Of a DNA stretch of 64,000 nt, positions 20,866 through 31,207 are shown piece after piece. Below the pieces are notes generated by a model that saw nothing but the letters and a program-made list of their open reading frames with translations, made no database searches and had not been told where the DNA came from. The first letter of the stretch is position 1, and each line of letters starts with the position of its first letter. A program made the position numbers and the translations under genes. The DNA comes from Polyangiaceae bacterium (GTDB lineage Bacteria > Myxococcota_A > Polyangia > Polyangiales > Polyangiaceae): assembly GCA_050287085.1 (NCBI GenBank), contig JBNKBE010000008.1, forward strand, positions 64,008-128,007, read 5' to 3'.

Positions 20866-20929
20866 GACCCCTCGGGGTCCACGGATATTAGACCCACTGG
20901 GGTCGGTAAGTAAGCGACCCGCTGGGGTC
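20866..20929. promoter_or_regulatory. Three GACCC-N4-GGGTC palindromes at exact 25-bp spacing upstream of aglR
   Basis: GACCCCTCGGGGTC (20866), GACCCACTGGGGTC (20891), GACCCGCTGGGGTC (20916). The repeats are seen directly; a regulatory role is inferred. Confidence 0.55.
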
Positions 20930-21027
20930 TCAGTGATAAACCCGCACGCTCCAAAACACCCGGACCCACGCACCTAGTTGGGCGCCGGCGACCGGCGGGG
21001 CGACACCAAAACAGAGGAAAAAAGCGA

Positions 21028-21693
21028 ATGTTTTCAGCAGCGTGGCAACACTTTCAAGAGGGCGGCTGGGCCATGTGGCTCATTCTATTTTGGCTCATCT
21101 GCTCGATCGCTGTGATCGTTGAGCGCACCGTCTTCTTGATGGGTGCCTCAATCAACAAGGATATGTTCCTGGCGACGATGCAGAAGTGCATTCTGGCGGG
21201 TGACATTGCCAAGGCAGTCAAGATGTGTTCGGCGGCCAATGCACCGCTAGCGAACATCATCCAGGCAGGGCTCCTCAAGGTTAACCGTCCCGACGGCGAG
21301 GTTCAGGCCGCCATGGACGAGGCGGCTCTCTCCGAGATCCCCAAGATCAACAAGTGGGTTGGCTTTCTCGCGATGTTTGCCAACCTCGCGATGCTCTGCG
21401 GTCTCTTTGGCACCATTGTGGGTCTCATCAAGGCATTCGGCGCCGTTGGCGGCGAGAGCGTTGACCCCAGCCAGAAGGCACGCATCTTGGCTGAAGGTAT
21501 CTCGGAAGCGATGAACTGCACGGCGTTTGGTCTGCTTTCCGCAATCGTAGCGCTCATGGGCTTCGCCTTCTTGAACAACAAGACGCAGTCGATGGAAGAC
21601 GCCATCAACGAGGCTTCTGTCCGCGTGCTCAATCTGGTTGTTGCCAATCGTCAGAAGGTCAACCTTCAGGGGCTTGAGGGTCATCACGGCTAA
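21028..21693 (+). CDS. aglR: TolQ/ExbB-family gliding motor subunit AglR
   Basis: ASINKD.FL, EVQAAMDEA, GLFGTIVGLI, ILAEGISEAMNCTAFGL, INEASVRVLNLVVANR resemble myxobacterial AglR as I recall it; GAGG RBS. Confidence 0.85.
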   Translation: MFSAAWQHFQEGGWAMWLILFWLICSIAVIVERTVFLMGASINKDMFLATMQKCILAGDIAKAVKMCSAANAPLANIIQAGLLKVNRPDGEVQAAMDEAALSEIPKINKWVGFLAMFANLAMLCGLFGTIVGLIKAFGAVGGESVDPSQKARILAEGISEAMNCTAFGLLSAIVALMGFAFLNNKTQSMEDAINEASVRVLNLVVANRQKVNLQGLEGHHG

Positions 21694-21716
21694 GGGCTGA
21701 GACCTGGACCACTGAG

Positions 21717-21753
21717 AAGCGCGCCGCCTCACCCAAGAGGCGGCGGCGCTTTT
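21717..21753 (+). terminator. GC-rich hairpin with short U-tract between aglR and aglQ
   Basis: aagcgc-gccgcctc acccaa gaggcggc-g-gcgctt tt. Confidence 0.6.
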
Positions 21754-21804
21754 GGTCTAAGGTCAAGCGAGCTTTAGCGATCGATGTAACCCAAGGAGAG
21801 CAAC

Positions 21805-22374
21805 ATGGCAGGTATTGATACTGGCGGCGGCCACGGCGGAAAAAAGAGCGTCAATCACGAGATTCCGCTTATCCCGTTCATCGACTTTCTCCTGTGCCTC
21901 GTTTCTTTTCTTCTGATCACCGCCGTGTGGTCGCAGATGGCGCGGATCAACGCCGACGCCCGAGTTCCTGGTCCCCCAAATCCGGACAAGGAACTGGAGG
22001 AGAAGAAGAAGGACAAGACGCTGCACGTCGAAATGAAGAGTGAACGCAAGTTCCAATTGGTGTGGAAAGAGGGCACGCAAGTCCTCAACACCATCGACGT
22101 CCCGCGCAAGGCTGAGACGGTCGGGGAGGATGAGGTTGCATACCCGGACCTCGCCAAGAAGATCGACGAAGAATGGAATCGAAATGATTCCCGGCACTTT
22201 GCCGCAACCGATCTCGAAGTTGATCAGGCCGTGTTGCACACTGATAACTCGACCAAGTTCAAGGACGTGATCGCCGTTATCGACGCGATCTACACCCCCA
22301 AGCGGGACTACAAAGAGCCGACAGGCGAGGTCAAGAAGCGCCCGGCGCTCAATGTCACCTTTTCCGTGAATTGA
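21805..22374 (+). CDS. aglQ: TolR/ExbD-family gliding motor subunit AglQ
   Basis: MAGIDTGGG..GKKS, IPFIDFL..LVSFLLITAVW with conserved Asp; AGGAG RBS. Confidence 0.8.
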   Translation: MAGIDTGGGHGGKKSVNHEIPLIPFIDFLLCLVSFLLITAVWSQMARINADARVPGPPNPDKELEEKKKDKTLHVEMKSERKFQLVWKEGTQVLNTIDVPRKAETVGEDEVAYPDLAKKIDEEWNRNDSRHFAATDLEVDQAVLHTDNSTKFKDVIAVIDAIYTPKRDYKEPTGEVKKRPALNVTFSVN

Positions 22375-22389
22375 TAGGAGCGACACAGA

Positions 22390-22971
22390 ATGTCACACGG
22401 TAAAGCACTAAGCCGCTTTCATCAGCCGATCAGCACCCCCGGTCGGCGCTTGCTTGCCCACGTACCGCTCAACTTCGTTCAGAAGAGAGTGGCTGGTGGC
22501 GGCGCCAAAGCGGTCAATCACGAGATTCCGCTCGTTCCATTCATCGACTTCTTGCTCTGCATCGTTCTCTTCTTGCTGGCGAGCTTCTCGGCTTCGGGTG
22601 AGCTTCCGGTGGATAAGAACGTCACGTTGCCCAGCGCAGAAAACGTGCTCGACATGACCGAAGCACCGATGGTGGCCATTACGGGAACGCAGATCCTCGT
22701 AGATGGGACACCTGCTGGGTCAACACGGGCGATCGAGGATGCCAACAGGCTCCAGAAGGTGGAGCAGCTGGGTGATATTCTCAAGGCGAAGCGCGAGATG
22801 TGGACCCAGATCAATCCGGGGAAGCCGTTTCCAGGGGTTGCGGTCCTGCAGGTGGATCAAGACGTGCCCGCGCTGATCGTCAAGAGTGTGTTTCAAACGG
22901 CAGCTTATGCTGGGTTTCCCAACGTGAGCTTCATGGTTCGTAGGCGTGGTGGAGAGGGCGGCGGCGAATAG
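22390..22971 (+). CDS. aglS: TolR/ExbD-family gliding motor subunit AglS
   Basis: PGRR N-terminus, VPFIDFLLCIVLFLLASFSASGE; third gene of the R-Q-S triplet; AGGAG RBS. Confidence 0.8.
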   Translation: MSHGKALSRFHQPISTPGRRLLAHVPLNFVQKRVAGGGAKAVNHEIPLVPFIDFLLCIVLFLLASFSASGELPVDKNVTLPSAENVLDMTEAPMVAITGTQILVDGTPAGSTRAIEDANRLQKVEQLGDILKAKREMWTQINPGKPFPGVAVLQVDQDVPALIVKSVFQTAAYAGFPNVSFMVRRRGGEGGGE

Positions 22972-23033
22972 GGAAAAGACGTGACCGAGCTGTGTTGAGC
23001 GGCTCGGTCCACCGCAGCTGCTGCGCTTTGAAG

Positions 23034-23072
23034 AATCCGCACTCGGAACTTACCGAGTGCGGATTTCGCTTT
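23034..23072 (+). terminator. Likely intrinsic terminator of aglRQS
   Basis: aatccgcactcgg aactta ccgagtgcggatt (13-bp perfect stem) followed by tcgcttt. Confidence 0.75.
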
Positions 23073-23254
23073 GTGACACCGCTTGGCAGGGCGCTCGGCT
23101 TGGTACAAAAATGCGGAACTATCGAATCGGATCGCGGTCGATACGAAGACTTAGGAGCGGCCGCCACACGCGGGCCGCTGCTCCGTCTGTAGCAACATGA
23201 CGACATTAGCCCTGGAAATGCTGGCGCGGCCCGTGCGCGTGAGAGGTTTGATTG

Positions 23255-24367
23255 ATGCGACCCAGCGATGAAGAGCGAGGACTGCCCTCGCTCAACCGCC
23301 AAGCCAAAGTGCGCTGGAGGGCGGTGGCCCAGGGGCGAGTTGGAATGCGAGATGCACAGCCTCAGTTCTGGCTGTGGACCTTTGTGGGACTGTTAGCCTT
23401 TGGGGTGATCTACTGGTATTTCGCTGAGCGGGAGCTGGAGCGGCAGAAGAGCACGGTCATGGCGAAGCAGAGAGCTTATGCCGTGAAGCTCGGAAGCCAG
23501 CTCTTGCCCGTTCGGGACCGTGTGGAGTCATGGGTGCAGGCGCTGGCCGACGCGAAGCCGGAGCGCCTTGTGAGCCCGGCCCTCGACGTCGAGGCGTTGC
23601 GACGCTCCAAGGGACTGTATCTACGCGTGCCGCTCGAGGATGCGCACTCTAACGACGCGATCCGGCGTGCGGCGGACCACTCGCTGCACGATGGCTTCAC
23701 CTCGTGTTTGTTCGAACGCAAAGGGCGTGTTCCGAGCGCTAACGAGCCCTCGGAGTGCGAGTCGTCGGGGCAGTGTGCTCCGGGCAAACTCTGCAACGAA
23801 TGGGGGCTGTGTGCGGCGCCGGGGCAACCCTACAACTTGCGACTCATGTACCGGGCCCTGCGGGTCTTGTCTCCGACGTGGACCGATGAGTTGCATCAGG
23901 CCACTGACGACTATCAGGTGCGGGTGTTTGAGCGGGATTTGGAGCGGGTGATGCGGACGGATGTGCCGATAGCCGCAGAGCTATTGACTTCCGCTCGCTA
24001 CTTCACGGCGCTGCTTGATGAACCGGCAGAGGGTGGATTGCCGTCAGTGGCGGGGATGAATCGCGACGGCGGTCTCTCGGAGACTGAGCACACCCAGCTG
24101 CAAACGCTGCCACATTTCGTGCGGGTTGGCGTGTGGGATCTCCAGAGCGAGGAGCTCCTGCTGAAGCTGCGACTCCGCGCTGACGCGGAGTTTGTGCCCG
24201 TTGGGAGTGCCACGGCGATACCAGCGTCGGCCCTGCGGGCGCAGCAGCGCCAGGTTAACAACTGCTCGATAGCACAGACGCTGCGCGAAACGGTGCGGGC
24301 GAGCCAGAGACCGCCGACGACGAGCACAGAGGGCGTGGGTGGCGCCTCCGGTGCGGCCCAGCCTTGA
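23255..24367 (+). CDS. Hypothetical single-pass membrane protein with a Cys-rich insert
   Basis: TM FWLWTFVGLLAFGVIYWYF; CESSGQCAPGKLCNEWGLC; GAGAGG RBS. Confidence 0.75.
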   Translation: MRPSDEERGLPSLNRQAKVRWRAVAQGRVGMRDAQPQFWLWTFVGLLAFGVIYWYFAERELERQKSTVMAKQRAYAVKLGSQLLPVRDRVESWVQALADAKPERLVSPALDVEALRRSKGLYLRVPLEDAHSNDAIRRAADHSLHDGFTSCLFERKGRVPSANEPSECESSGQCAPGKLCNEWGLCAAPGQPYNLRLMYRALRVLSPTWTDELHQATDDYQVRVFERDLERVMRTDVPIAAELLTSARYFTALLDEPAEGGLPSVAGMNRDGGLSETEHTQLQTLPHFVRVGVWDLQSEELLLKLRLRADAEFVPVGSATAIPASALRAQQRQVNNCSIAQTLRETVRASQRPPTTSTEGVGGASGAAQP

Positions 24368-24474
24368 TGGGCAGGCGGTCCGGAGCCGCGGCAGCGGATT
24401 GAGCTAGGGGCCCGCGGAGGGGAAAGTCATACCACGCGGGCCGAGTCTCTGATTGTGGCGGGCGGGCTTCTCGC

Positions 24475-24546
24475 TCAGGGGAGCGCCGTGCCTCAGGGGG
24501 GCGCCGTGCATCAGGGGAGCGCCGTGCATCAGGGGAGCGCAGTGCC
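24475..24546. repeat. 4 x 18-bp tandem repeat including the stop codon of the oxoprolinase gene
   Basis: tcaggggagcgccgtgcc/tcaggggggcgccgtgca/tcaggggagcgccgtgca/tcaggggagcgcagtgcc. Confidence 0.92.
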
Positions 24547-27500
24547 GTAGCCACCACCACCTGGCGTGGCTATCGTCAGCACGTCTCCGACCTTGGCTTC
24601 GAACTGTATGCGCCCTGGTAGGTCGCGGCCGTTAAGGGTATTGCGGCCGGCAGCCCCCGGGGAGCCGCCAGCGAGGCCAAAAGGGGCTAGCCTGCGTCGT
24701 TCGGTGAGGAGGGTAACCGTCATCGGCGCTAGAAATTCGATTTCGCGAATCAGACCATGGCCGCCGTGCCGGGCGCCGGCACCTCCGGAGCCACCTCGGA
24801 TAGCGAAGCGGAGCACCCTGACCGGATATCGCGACTCGACGACTTCCACGTCCGTAATGCGTGTATTGGTCATATGGCATTGGATAGCGCTCGCGCCGTC
24901 AGCGGCTTCCGTGGCGCCCATGCCACCGCCCAGGGTTTCGTAGTAGGCCCGGCGCTCGTCTCCGAAGGTGATGTTGTTCATGGTGCCTTGGCTGGCCGCG
25001 GCCGCCCCCAGGGCAGCCAGCAACACATCGACGATGCGCTGCGAGGTCTCCACGTTCCCGCTGACCACTGCGCAATCTGGACCGGGAGACAGCAGCGTGC
25101 GCTCCGGAACTTCGAGGTCGATGCGATCCAATACCCCGCTGTTCATGGGCAGACGGCTGCCGATCAAACAGCGAAGGGTGTAGATCAACGCGGCTCGTAC
25201 AACGGCGAGCGGAGCGTTGCTATTGCCTGGATGTTCAGGTGTTGCGTCGAAGGCCACGCGCAGCCGGCCCCCGCGTCGCTCGAGGTGAACGGCGATCGGC
25301 GTGCCGTCGTCGAGGCTGTCCCGGAATTCCCGGCGGCCCGCGGGAAGCGCCGCCAGCAGTTTCCCCACCTGCGCCGACGCCTCACTCATCAGCAGTTGCG
25401 CATAGCGGAGCAGAGGAGAGCGGCCAAAGCGGACGAGCAAAGCCAGGAGACTGCGCTCGCCATGGCGATTGGCGGCGAGCTGCGCTTCGAGATCCGCGAG
25501 GTTCTGCTCGGGGGTGCGCGCCGGGTAAGGGCCGCTGCGCAAGACATCGAGTAGCCCCTGGCGGTCCATCTCCCCCTTTGACACCAGACGGCGCGCCCGA
25601 ATCAGGACCCCTTCCTCACAGAGCTTGGTTGATGTGGCCGGCATCGAGCCCGGCGTAGTTCCTCCGATGTCGGCGTGGTGACCGCGACTTGCCACATAGA
25701 AGAGGTGTTCTCCGGAAGCGGAGAACACCGGGCTGACCACGGTCACGTCGGGTAGATGGGAGCCGCCCGCGGTCGGGTCGTTGGTGACGTAGGCGTCGCC
25801 GGGTTCCGGTGGGGAAAAGCGCTGCGCAATATGCGCTACTGTTTCTGACATGGCGCCGAGGTGCACCGGAATATGCGGGGCGTTTGCCAGTAACTGGGCG
25901 TCGCGGGTAAACACGGCGCAAGAGAAGTCGAGGCGCTCCCGGATGTTCGTCGAAACGGCAGTGGCTGCCAATACCGAGCCCATTTCACCGGCAACGTGCC
26001 CAAACGCGTTGCCAACCAACTCGAGAAGCACCGGATCGACGCTGTCGTTGTCGAAGCTTTCGCTCTCAGCGGTCCGCTCACGCATTTCCGAGGGCGGCGT
26101 GACGGTCATCCTAAGCAGTCCTCCGGCCTCGGCGCGAAGACTACAGTGTCGCTCAACGACGATGGCGCCGGTGTCCTCGATGACATAAGCGGGGCCCGTG
26201 ACTACAACGCCCGCTACGAGCTGCTCGCGACTGAATACGGGTGTATGCTCAAAGCGATCATCAAACCAGATCGACTCACGGCGAAGGGGGCTTGGGGGCG
26301 GCTGTTCAGGGGCGGACTGGGGCGCTACGTAAGGCGGCTCCAAACGCCGGATCTGCAGAGATGAGTGGAGCGTCCTCAGCAAGACCGGCTCATTCGGCCG
26401 CGCATAGCCGAACCGTTCGGTGTGTAGTGCGTGAAACTCGCGCTCTAGACGGACGGCTTCTTGCGCGCAGTCTCGTCCCGCGGTCCAGGCGAGCACTAAC
26501 ATCGAGTCGGTGCCAGGGTAGGAAAGGGCGAGCCGAAACTCGTGGCGCGGCTGAGTGGAAGCGTCTTCGAGCAGAGAGACCAGGCGCGAGCGTGCTCGCT
26601 CCACCTGAGGCTCCAGCGCGGCAAGTGCTTCGGCCGTCAGGGATTGCTCACCTAGATCCAGCGACTCCCGATGGCCCTCTTCCGCGAGCCCAACGCCCCA
26701 AGCGGACAAGACCCCCGCCAGGGGATGAAAGACCACATGGGTGATCCCCAGCTCTCGGGCGACGGCGCCCGCGTGTTGGCCTCCAGCTCCGCCATAGACG
26801 ACCAAGGTGTCGCTTCGAACGTCGAAGCCCCGGTCGACCGAGATCCGCTTGACCGCCTGGGCCATGTTGGCGCTTGCAATCCGCAGGAAGCCATCGGCGA
26901 TCTGCTCAACCGAGAGCTTGGTGCCTTTCTGCTCCAGACGCTTGCGCAGATTGTCGAGCGCGTCGCGGACCGGCTTGGAGTGTAGCGGTAGGGGAAAACG
27001 ATCAGCCTGCAGCCGTCCGAGGGCCAGATTGACGTCGGTTATGGTGAGCTCAGTCGCTTGCGGATGGCCGTAGCAGAGGGGACCCGGGCTGCTACCGGCG
27101 CTCTCTGGGCCTACTGTCATGCGCGAGCCGTCGTAGCGGCACAGCGAGCCGCCGCCTGCGGCGACTGTATGGATGTCGAGACTCGGAGCGGCGATGCGCG
27201 TTCCGTTGACGGTCGAAGCGTAGTTGAGCGGGAGCTCTCCGGCGAAGCGCGACACGTCGGTGGATGTACCGCCCATATCAAAGCCGATGACCGCAGCTGC
27301 GCCGGCTAGCTCGCGCACATGGGACAATGCGACGACGCCACCCGCCGGACCGGAGAGGATCGATTGGTGACCACGCAATTGTCCGGCCGTCGTCAATTCT
27401 CCGCTGGACTGCATGATGCGGAGGTTGCCCGGGCCCAGTTGTGCTTCGAGGTGGGCGAAATGAGACCGAAGCAGCGGCGTTAGGTTCGCGTCGAGGAGCG

Positions 27501-28101
27501 TCGTATCGGCGCGCTTGAGGAAGCCGAGTTCACCGCTGACCTCGTGGGAGAGGCTGATGTATTCGAAGCCGACGTCCAATGCGGCCTCGCGGATGGCGAG
27601 TTCTGGCGCTGGATTCTTGAACGCGAACACACATGCGATCGCCAGGCTTCTGATGCCAGCGGCTTTCAATTCCGCTAGGGCTTTCCGGATTTCGGTAGGA
27701 TCGGGCATGGCCAGCACCGCTCCATCGGCGTCGCTCCGCGCGTCTACTTCCAGGACGCGATCAAAGAGGGGCTCCACGCGAGCGACTTCGAGCTCGAAGA
27801 TATCGGGTCTTGCCTGGGTGCCGATCCGGGTCAGATCGGCGAAGCCTCGAGTGATGACAAGGGCTGTGGCGACACCCTTGCGTTCGAGCAGTGCGTTGGT
27901 GGTTTTGGTGGTGCCCAGCCTCAACGTACACGGCGGCAGCGGAGCCGTGCTGGGCAAATCCAGCAAGGCTCGCATGCCGCGTAGAGGCGCGTCGTCGGAA
28001 GTGGGAACCTTGACCACGCCCACGACTCGCCCCTCCTGGCTGAGGATGCAATCGGTGAACGTGCCACCCTGGTCAATCCAGAACTCAGTTTGCGTCATCA
28101 C
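24529..28101 (-). CDS. Fused hydantoinase A/B / ATP-dependent 5-oxoprolinase
   Basis: [58 protein letters not shown]. Confidence 0.93.
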   Translation of the reverse strand: MMTQTEFWIDQGGTFTDCILSQEGRVVGVVKVPTSDDAPLRGMRALLDLPSTAPLPPCTLRLGTTKTTNALLERKGVATALVITRGFADLTRIGTQARPDIFELEVARVEPLFDRVLEVDARSDADGAVLAMPDPTEIRKALAELKAAGIRSLAIACVFAFKNPAPELAIREAALDVGFEYISLSHEVSGELGFLKRADTTLLDANLTPLLRSHFAHLEAQLGPGNLRIMQSSGELTTAGQLRGHQSILSGPAGGVVALSHVRELAGAAAVIGFDMGGTSTDVSRFAGELPLNYASTVNGTRIAAPSLDIHTVAAGGGSLCRYDGSRMTVGPESAGSSPGPLCYGHPQATELTITDVNLALGRLQADRFPLPLHSKPVRDALDNLRKRLEQKGTKLSVEQIADGFLRIASANMAQAVKRISVDRGFDVRSDTLVVYGGAGGQHAGAVARELGITHVVFHPLAGVLSAWGVGLAEEGHRESLDLGEQSLTAEALAALEPQVERARSRLVSLLEDASTQPRHEFRLALSYPGTDSMLVLAWTAGRDCAQEAVRLEREFHALHTERFGYARPNEPVLLRTLHSSLQIRRLEPPYVAPQSAPEQPPPSPLRRESIWFDDRFEHTPVFSREQLVAGVVVTGPAYVIEDTGAIVVERHCSLRAEAGGLLRMTVTPPSEMRERTAESESFDNDSVDPVLLELVGNAFGHVAGEMGSVLAATAVSTNIRERLDFSCAVFTRDAQLLANAPHIPVHLGAMSETVAHIAQRFSPPEPGDAYVTNDPTAGGSHLPDVTVVSPVFSASGEHLFYVASRGHHADIGGTTPGSMPATSTKLCEEGVLIRARRLVSKGEMDRQGLLDVLRSGPYPARTPEQNLADLEAQLAANRHGERSLLALLVRFGRSPLLRYAQLLMSEASAQVGKLLAALPAGRREFRDSLDDGTPIAVHLERRGGRLRVAFDATPEHPGNSNAPLAVVRAALIYTLRCLIGSRLPMNSGVLDRIDLEVPERTLLSPGPDCAVVSGNVETSQRIVDVLLAALGAAAASQGTMNNITFGDERRAYYETLGGGMGATEAADGASAIQCHMTNTRITDVEVVESRYPVRVLRFAIRGGSGGAGARHGGHGLIREIEFLAPMTVTLLTERRRLAPFGLAGGSPGAAGRNTLNGRDLPGRIQFEAKVGDVLTIATPGGGGYGTALP

Positions 28102-30436
28102 CGCCGGCGCTGACCACCATGGCGGGCGCGCTTGGTGCCGTAACCACCTCCGTGGATGTGGGAGGCTCTTTCGGAAAGCAGGGTTCGCTCCTGAAGTGGA
28201 AGTTGAGCCCGGACGCAGGGTCGTGCGCGACGATCACGTGCCCGCCGTGCTCTAGCTTTCCGAATAGCAACTCGTCGCCGAGCGGACGCTTGATTTCGTC
28301 TTGTAGCAGCCGCGCCAAGGGGCGTGCGCCGTTGTCGCGGTCGTAACCCTTTTCCGCGAAGTAGTGGATCGCGTCCGGGGTTAACTCGAGACTCACGTTT
28401 CTTTCTTTCAACAGTTCGCCCAGCTCTGCGGCGGCTTTTTCGACGATGGCTTCCATCGTCTCCCGCGCCAGCGGAGCGAACATGATGCGGGCGTCCAGTC
28501 GGTTGCGGAACTCCGGGCTGAAGGTCGTCTTATACGCTTTCTCCGCGTCGCCACGACTTTCGGCTTGTCCGAACCCAACGCGCTGCTTGCTCAGCTCGTG
28601 CGCACCCACATTGCTGGTCATGATGATCACGATATGACGGAAGTCGGCCTTCTTTCCGTTGTTGTCGGTAAGAGTGCCGTGATCCATCACCTGGAGCAGG
28701 ACGTTGAAGATGTCTGGGTGTGCCTTCTCGATTTCGTCCAGCAGGAGCACGGCATGGGGTGTCTTGCTGACGGCCTCCGTCAGCAGGCCGCCATTGTCGT
28801 GCCCTACATACCCGGGGGGCGCGCCGACTAGTCGCGATACGGTGTGGCGCTCCATGTACTCGCTCATGTCGAAGCGCAGCAGCTCGATTCCGAGGCGCTT
28901 TGCGAGTTGCTTTGCAACCTCCGTCTTGCCAACGCCCGTTGGCCCGGCAAATAGGTAGGAGCCAATCGGCTTGTCAGGGGCGCGGAGTCCGGCGCGGGCT
29001 AGCTTGATCGCGCTGGCGAGTTCACTGATGGCGCGGTCTTGCCCGTAGACGTACTTCTGCAAGTCGGCTTCTAGGGAGCGGAGAGCTTGTTTGTCGTCGA
29101 CACTGACTTGGCGCGGCGGAATGTGTGCGATGCGCGCGACAACTGCTTCGATCCGCTCTAGATCGACGACGGGCTTGTCAGGGGAGTTCAGCTTGGCATC
29201 GGCGCCGGCTTCATCGAGGAGATCGATAGCGCTGTCGGGAAGCCGCCTGTCGCGCAGGTGGCGGGCGGCTAACAAGCCGGCGGCCTCCACCGCCTCCTCC
29301 GTGTAACTCACCCCGTGGAAGGTCTCGTAGTGTGCCTTCAAACCCTTGAGAATGAGCACCGCTTCATCAGCGCTGGGCTCGACTACGTCGATCTTCTGAA
29401 AACGCCGATTCAGAGCGGCGTCTCTTTCGAGATGTCGACGATACTCTTCAAACGTTGTGGCACCAATACAGCGTAGACTTCCGGCAAGGGCGGGCTTCAG
29501 CAGATTCGAGGCATCCACCGTTCCGCCACCGACGGCGCCCGCGCCGATGACCGTGTGCAGCTCATCGATGAAGAGCACCGCGTTCGGGTGTTTGCTCAGT
29601 CGCTTGAGAACACCCTTCAAGCGCTGTTCGAAGTCGCCGCGGAACTTGGTGCCAGCGAGTAGCGTTCCCATGTCCAGCGCGTAGATCTCGGCATTCTCCA
29701 GCGCTTTGGGCACGTCTCCGGCGACAATTCTCTGCGCCAATCCTTCCACCAAAGCGGTCTTGCCGACGCCGGCATCACCCACAAAGAGTGGGTTGTTCTT
29801 GCGTCGTCTCGCGAGCACGAGAATGGCTCGATCCAGCTCCTTCTGACGTCCGATCAATGGATCGATGTCACCGCTTCGGGCACGGTCGTTGAGGTTGGTG
29901 GTGAAGCGAGCTAGCGGGTCCTTCTCGCCGGGCTCCTCTTCGGCGGTCGACTCAGGATCTCCTGCGGGGGCCTGTTCACCCGCTGGCTCTGCGTCGTCCT
30001 CGTCCTCGTCCATGCCGTGGGAGATGTGGGTCACCAGCGCCAGGCGCGTCAGCCCGTTTTCTTCGAGCGCGGCTACGGCGAAGGAATCGCTTTCTCCGTA
30101 CATGGCCACTACGACGTTATGACCCTTGAGCTCAGCCTGGCCGCTGCTTTCAACATGGATAGCACCGCGCTGCAGAACCCGGCGAAAGCCGTTTGAGGGC
30201 GTTGGACTCTCGTTGGCGTCGAGCCTATCACCGGGGATTTCGTCGGAGAGGACGCGCTCGAGACTAGCGCGCAGGCCCTTTATGTTGGCGCCGGCCTTGC
30301 GCAAGGTGCGAGCCGTTTCTTGGTCCATCAAGAGTGCGTAGAGCAGGTGCTCAACGGTCATCCACTCATGACCACGCCGGGTCGCCTCAGTGGCTGCCAC
30401 CGAGCACGCAATCTCCACCTCTGCACTAACCTTCAT
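28085..30436 (-). CDS. clpA: ATP-dependent Clp protease ATP-binding subunit ClpA
   Basis: Two AAA+ modules ([16 protein letters not shown]), [12 protein letters not shown] loop; GGAGGAG RBS before MKVSAE; downstream of clpS. Confidence 0.95.
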   Translation of the reverse strand: MKVSAEVEIACSVAATEATRRGHEWMTVEHLLYALLMDQETARTLRKAGANIKGLRASLERVLSDEIPGDRLDANESPTPSNGFRRVLQRGAIHVESSGQAELKGHNVVVAMYGESDSFAVAALEENGLTRLALVTHISHGMDEDEDDAEPAGEQAPAGDPESTAEEEPGEKDPLARFTTNLNDRARSGDIDPLIGRQKELDRAILVLARRRKNNPLFVGDAGVGKTALVEGLAQRIVAGDVPKALENAEIYALDMGTLLAGTKFRGDFEQRLKGVLKRLSKHPNAVLFIDELHTVIGAGAVGGGTVDASNLLKPALAGSLRCIGATTFEEYRRHLERDAALNRRFQKIDVVEPSADEAVLILKGLKAHYETFHGVSYTEEAVEAAGLLAARHLRDRRLPDSAIDLLDEAGADAKLNSPDKPVVDLERIEAVVARIAHIPPRQVSVDDKQALRSLEADLQKYVYGQDRAISELASAIKLARAGLRAPDKPIGSYLFAGPTGVGKTEVAKQLAKRLGIELLRFDMSEYMERHTVSRLVGAPPGYVGHDNGGLLTEAVSKTPHAVLLLDEIEKAHPDIFNVLLQVMDHGTLTDNNGKKADFRHIVIIMTSNVGAHELSKQRVGFGQAESRGDAEKAYKTTFSPEFRNRLDARIMFAPLARETMEAIVEKAAAELGELLKERNVSLELTPDAIHYFAEKGYDRDNGARPLARLLQDEIKRPLGDELLFGKLEHGGHVIVAHDPASGLNFHFRSEPCFPKEPPTSTEVVTAPSAPAMVVSAGGDDAN

Positions 30437-30767
30437 TGTCGCTCTCCTCCGGCTCAGCTGTGCACTTGAGCGGGTGGCCGTGAGCACGGGCGTATTCCGT
30501 TACCTGGGTGACTTTGGTCTCCGCCACGTCCCGCGGGTATACGTCCACGATGCCGTAGTTGCGGTGGTGAACGTTGAGCATGATATGGGTCGCTTCCGTC
30601 TCCGTCTTCTTGAAGAATTTCATGAGGATATGGACTACAAACTCCATGGTGGTGTAGTTGTCGTTGTGCAACACCACCTGATAGCGACGCGGGCGTTTGG
30701 TCTTAGGACGCTCGGCGAGGCCGAGCTCGCCCTCCTCTTGCTTCTGCTGGCTGGGGTCTTTCGGCAT
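30426..30767 (-). CDS. clpS: Clp protease adaptor ClpS
   Basis: YQVVLHNDNYTTMEFVV, MLNVH, DVAETK, HPLKC; exact start uncertain. Confidence 0.93.
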   Translation of the reverse strand: MPKDPSQQKQEEGELGLAERPKTKRPRRYQVVLHNDNYTTMEFVVHILMKFFKKTETEATHIMLNVHHRNYGIVDVYPRDVAETKVTQVTEYARAHGHPLKCTAEPEESDNEG

Positions 30768-30913
30768 CTTCGTCTCGACGGGCGCGGCGTGTGCCCTCCC
30801 GGTAGCTATGGGACTGTGCGTATCCAGGAGCAAGCTGTCGAGGGGCGCCGTGACGTTAGGCCCCCTGGTCCGTCTCGAGCGCTGCCGGCCCGGATCTTTT
30901 TTTGAATGCAAAT

Positions 30914-30946
30914 GAGAAACGCCCGAGCTTGGCTCAGGCGTTTCTC
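30914..30946 (-). terminator. 15-bp hairpin downstream of the small basic ORF
   Basis: Minus strand gagaaacgcctgagc caa gctcgggcgtttctc, then atttg; fully paired with one G-U on the minus strand (a C/A mismatch on plus). Confidence 0.65.
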
Positions 30947-31019
30947 CGGGGCTCATACCCCGGCCCCTCGTCGCTGCAGGAGCTGCAACAGGCGAGGATC
31001 ACGGCCGCCGAGGGCGGCC

Positions 31020-31160
31020 TCAGGTGGCTTTCTTCGCCTTTGCCTGCGGCTTGGTGTCGCCGGCTGCGGCTGCTTCTTGAGCCTGACTCCAGGCCTTATT
31101 CTTGATGGTTCGGCGTCGCTTTTGGCGGCGACGTGCACGTGAGTCTTGGGGGGTGGTCAT
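31020..31160 (-). CDS. Small basic protein, 46 aa (below the ORF-track cutoff)
   Basis: MTTPQDSRARRRQKRRRTIKNKAWSQAQEAAAAGDTKPQAKAKKAT*; A-rich leader, fills the gap between korB and clpS, hairpins downstream. Confidence 0.7.
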   Translation of the reverse strand: MTTPQDSRARRRQKRRRTIKNKAWSQAQEAAAAGDTKPQAKAKKAT

Positions 31161-31207
31161 TGTATTTCCGTTGTATGTTTGAGGGGATCCGAAAGCGGTA
31201 GTGGCTG

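Noticed and set aside
19991..20913. Short ORFs in the inter-motor region
   Set aside because: Mutually overlapping, no RBS or motifs; the repeat-like peptides derive from the tandem repeat.
20866..20929. Mini-CRISPR interpretation of the spaced palindromes
   Set aside because: 14-bp repeats and 11-bp spacers are far too short and no cas genes are present.
24475..24531. Selenocysteine readthrough of the repeated TGA codons
   Set aside because: The protein ends normally after TPGGGGYG and no SECIS-like stem follows.
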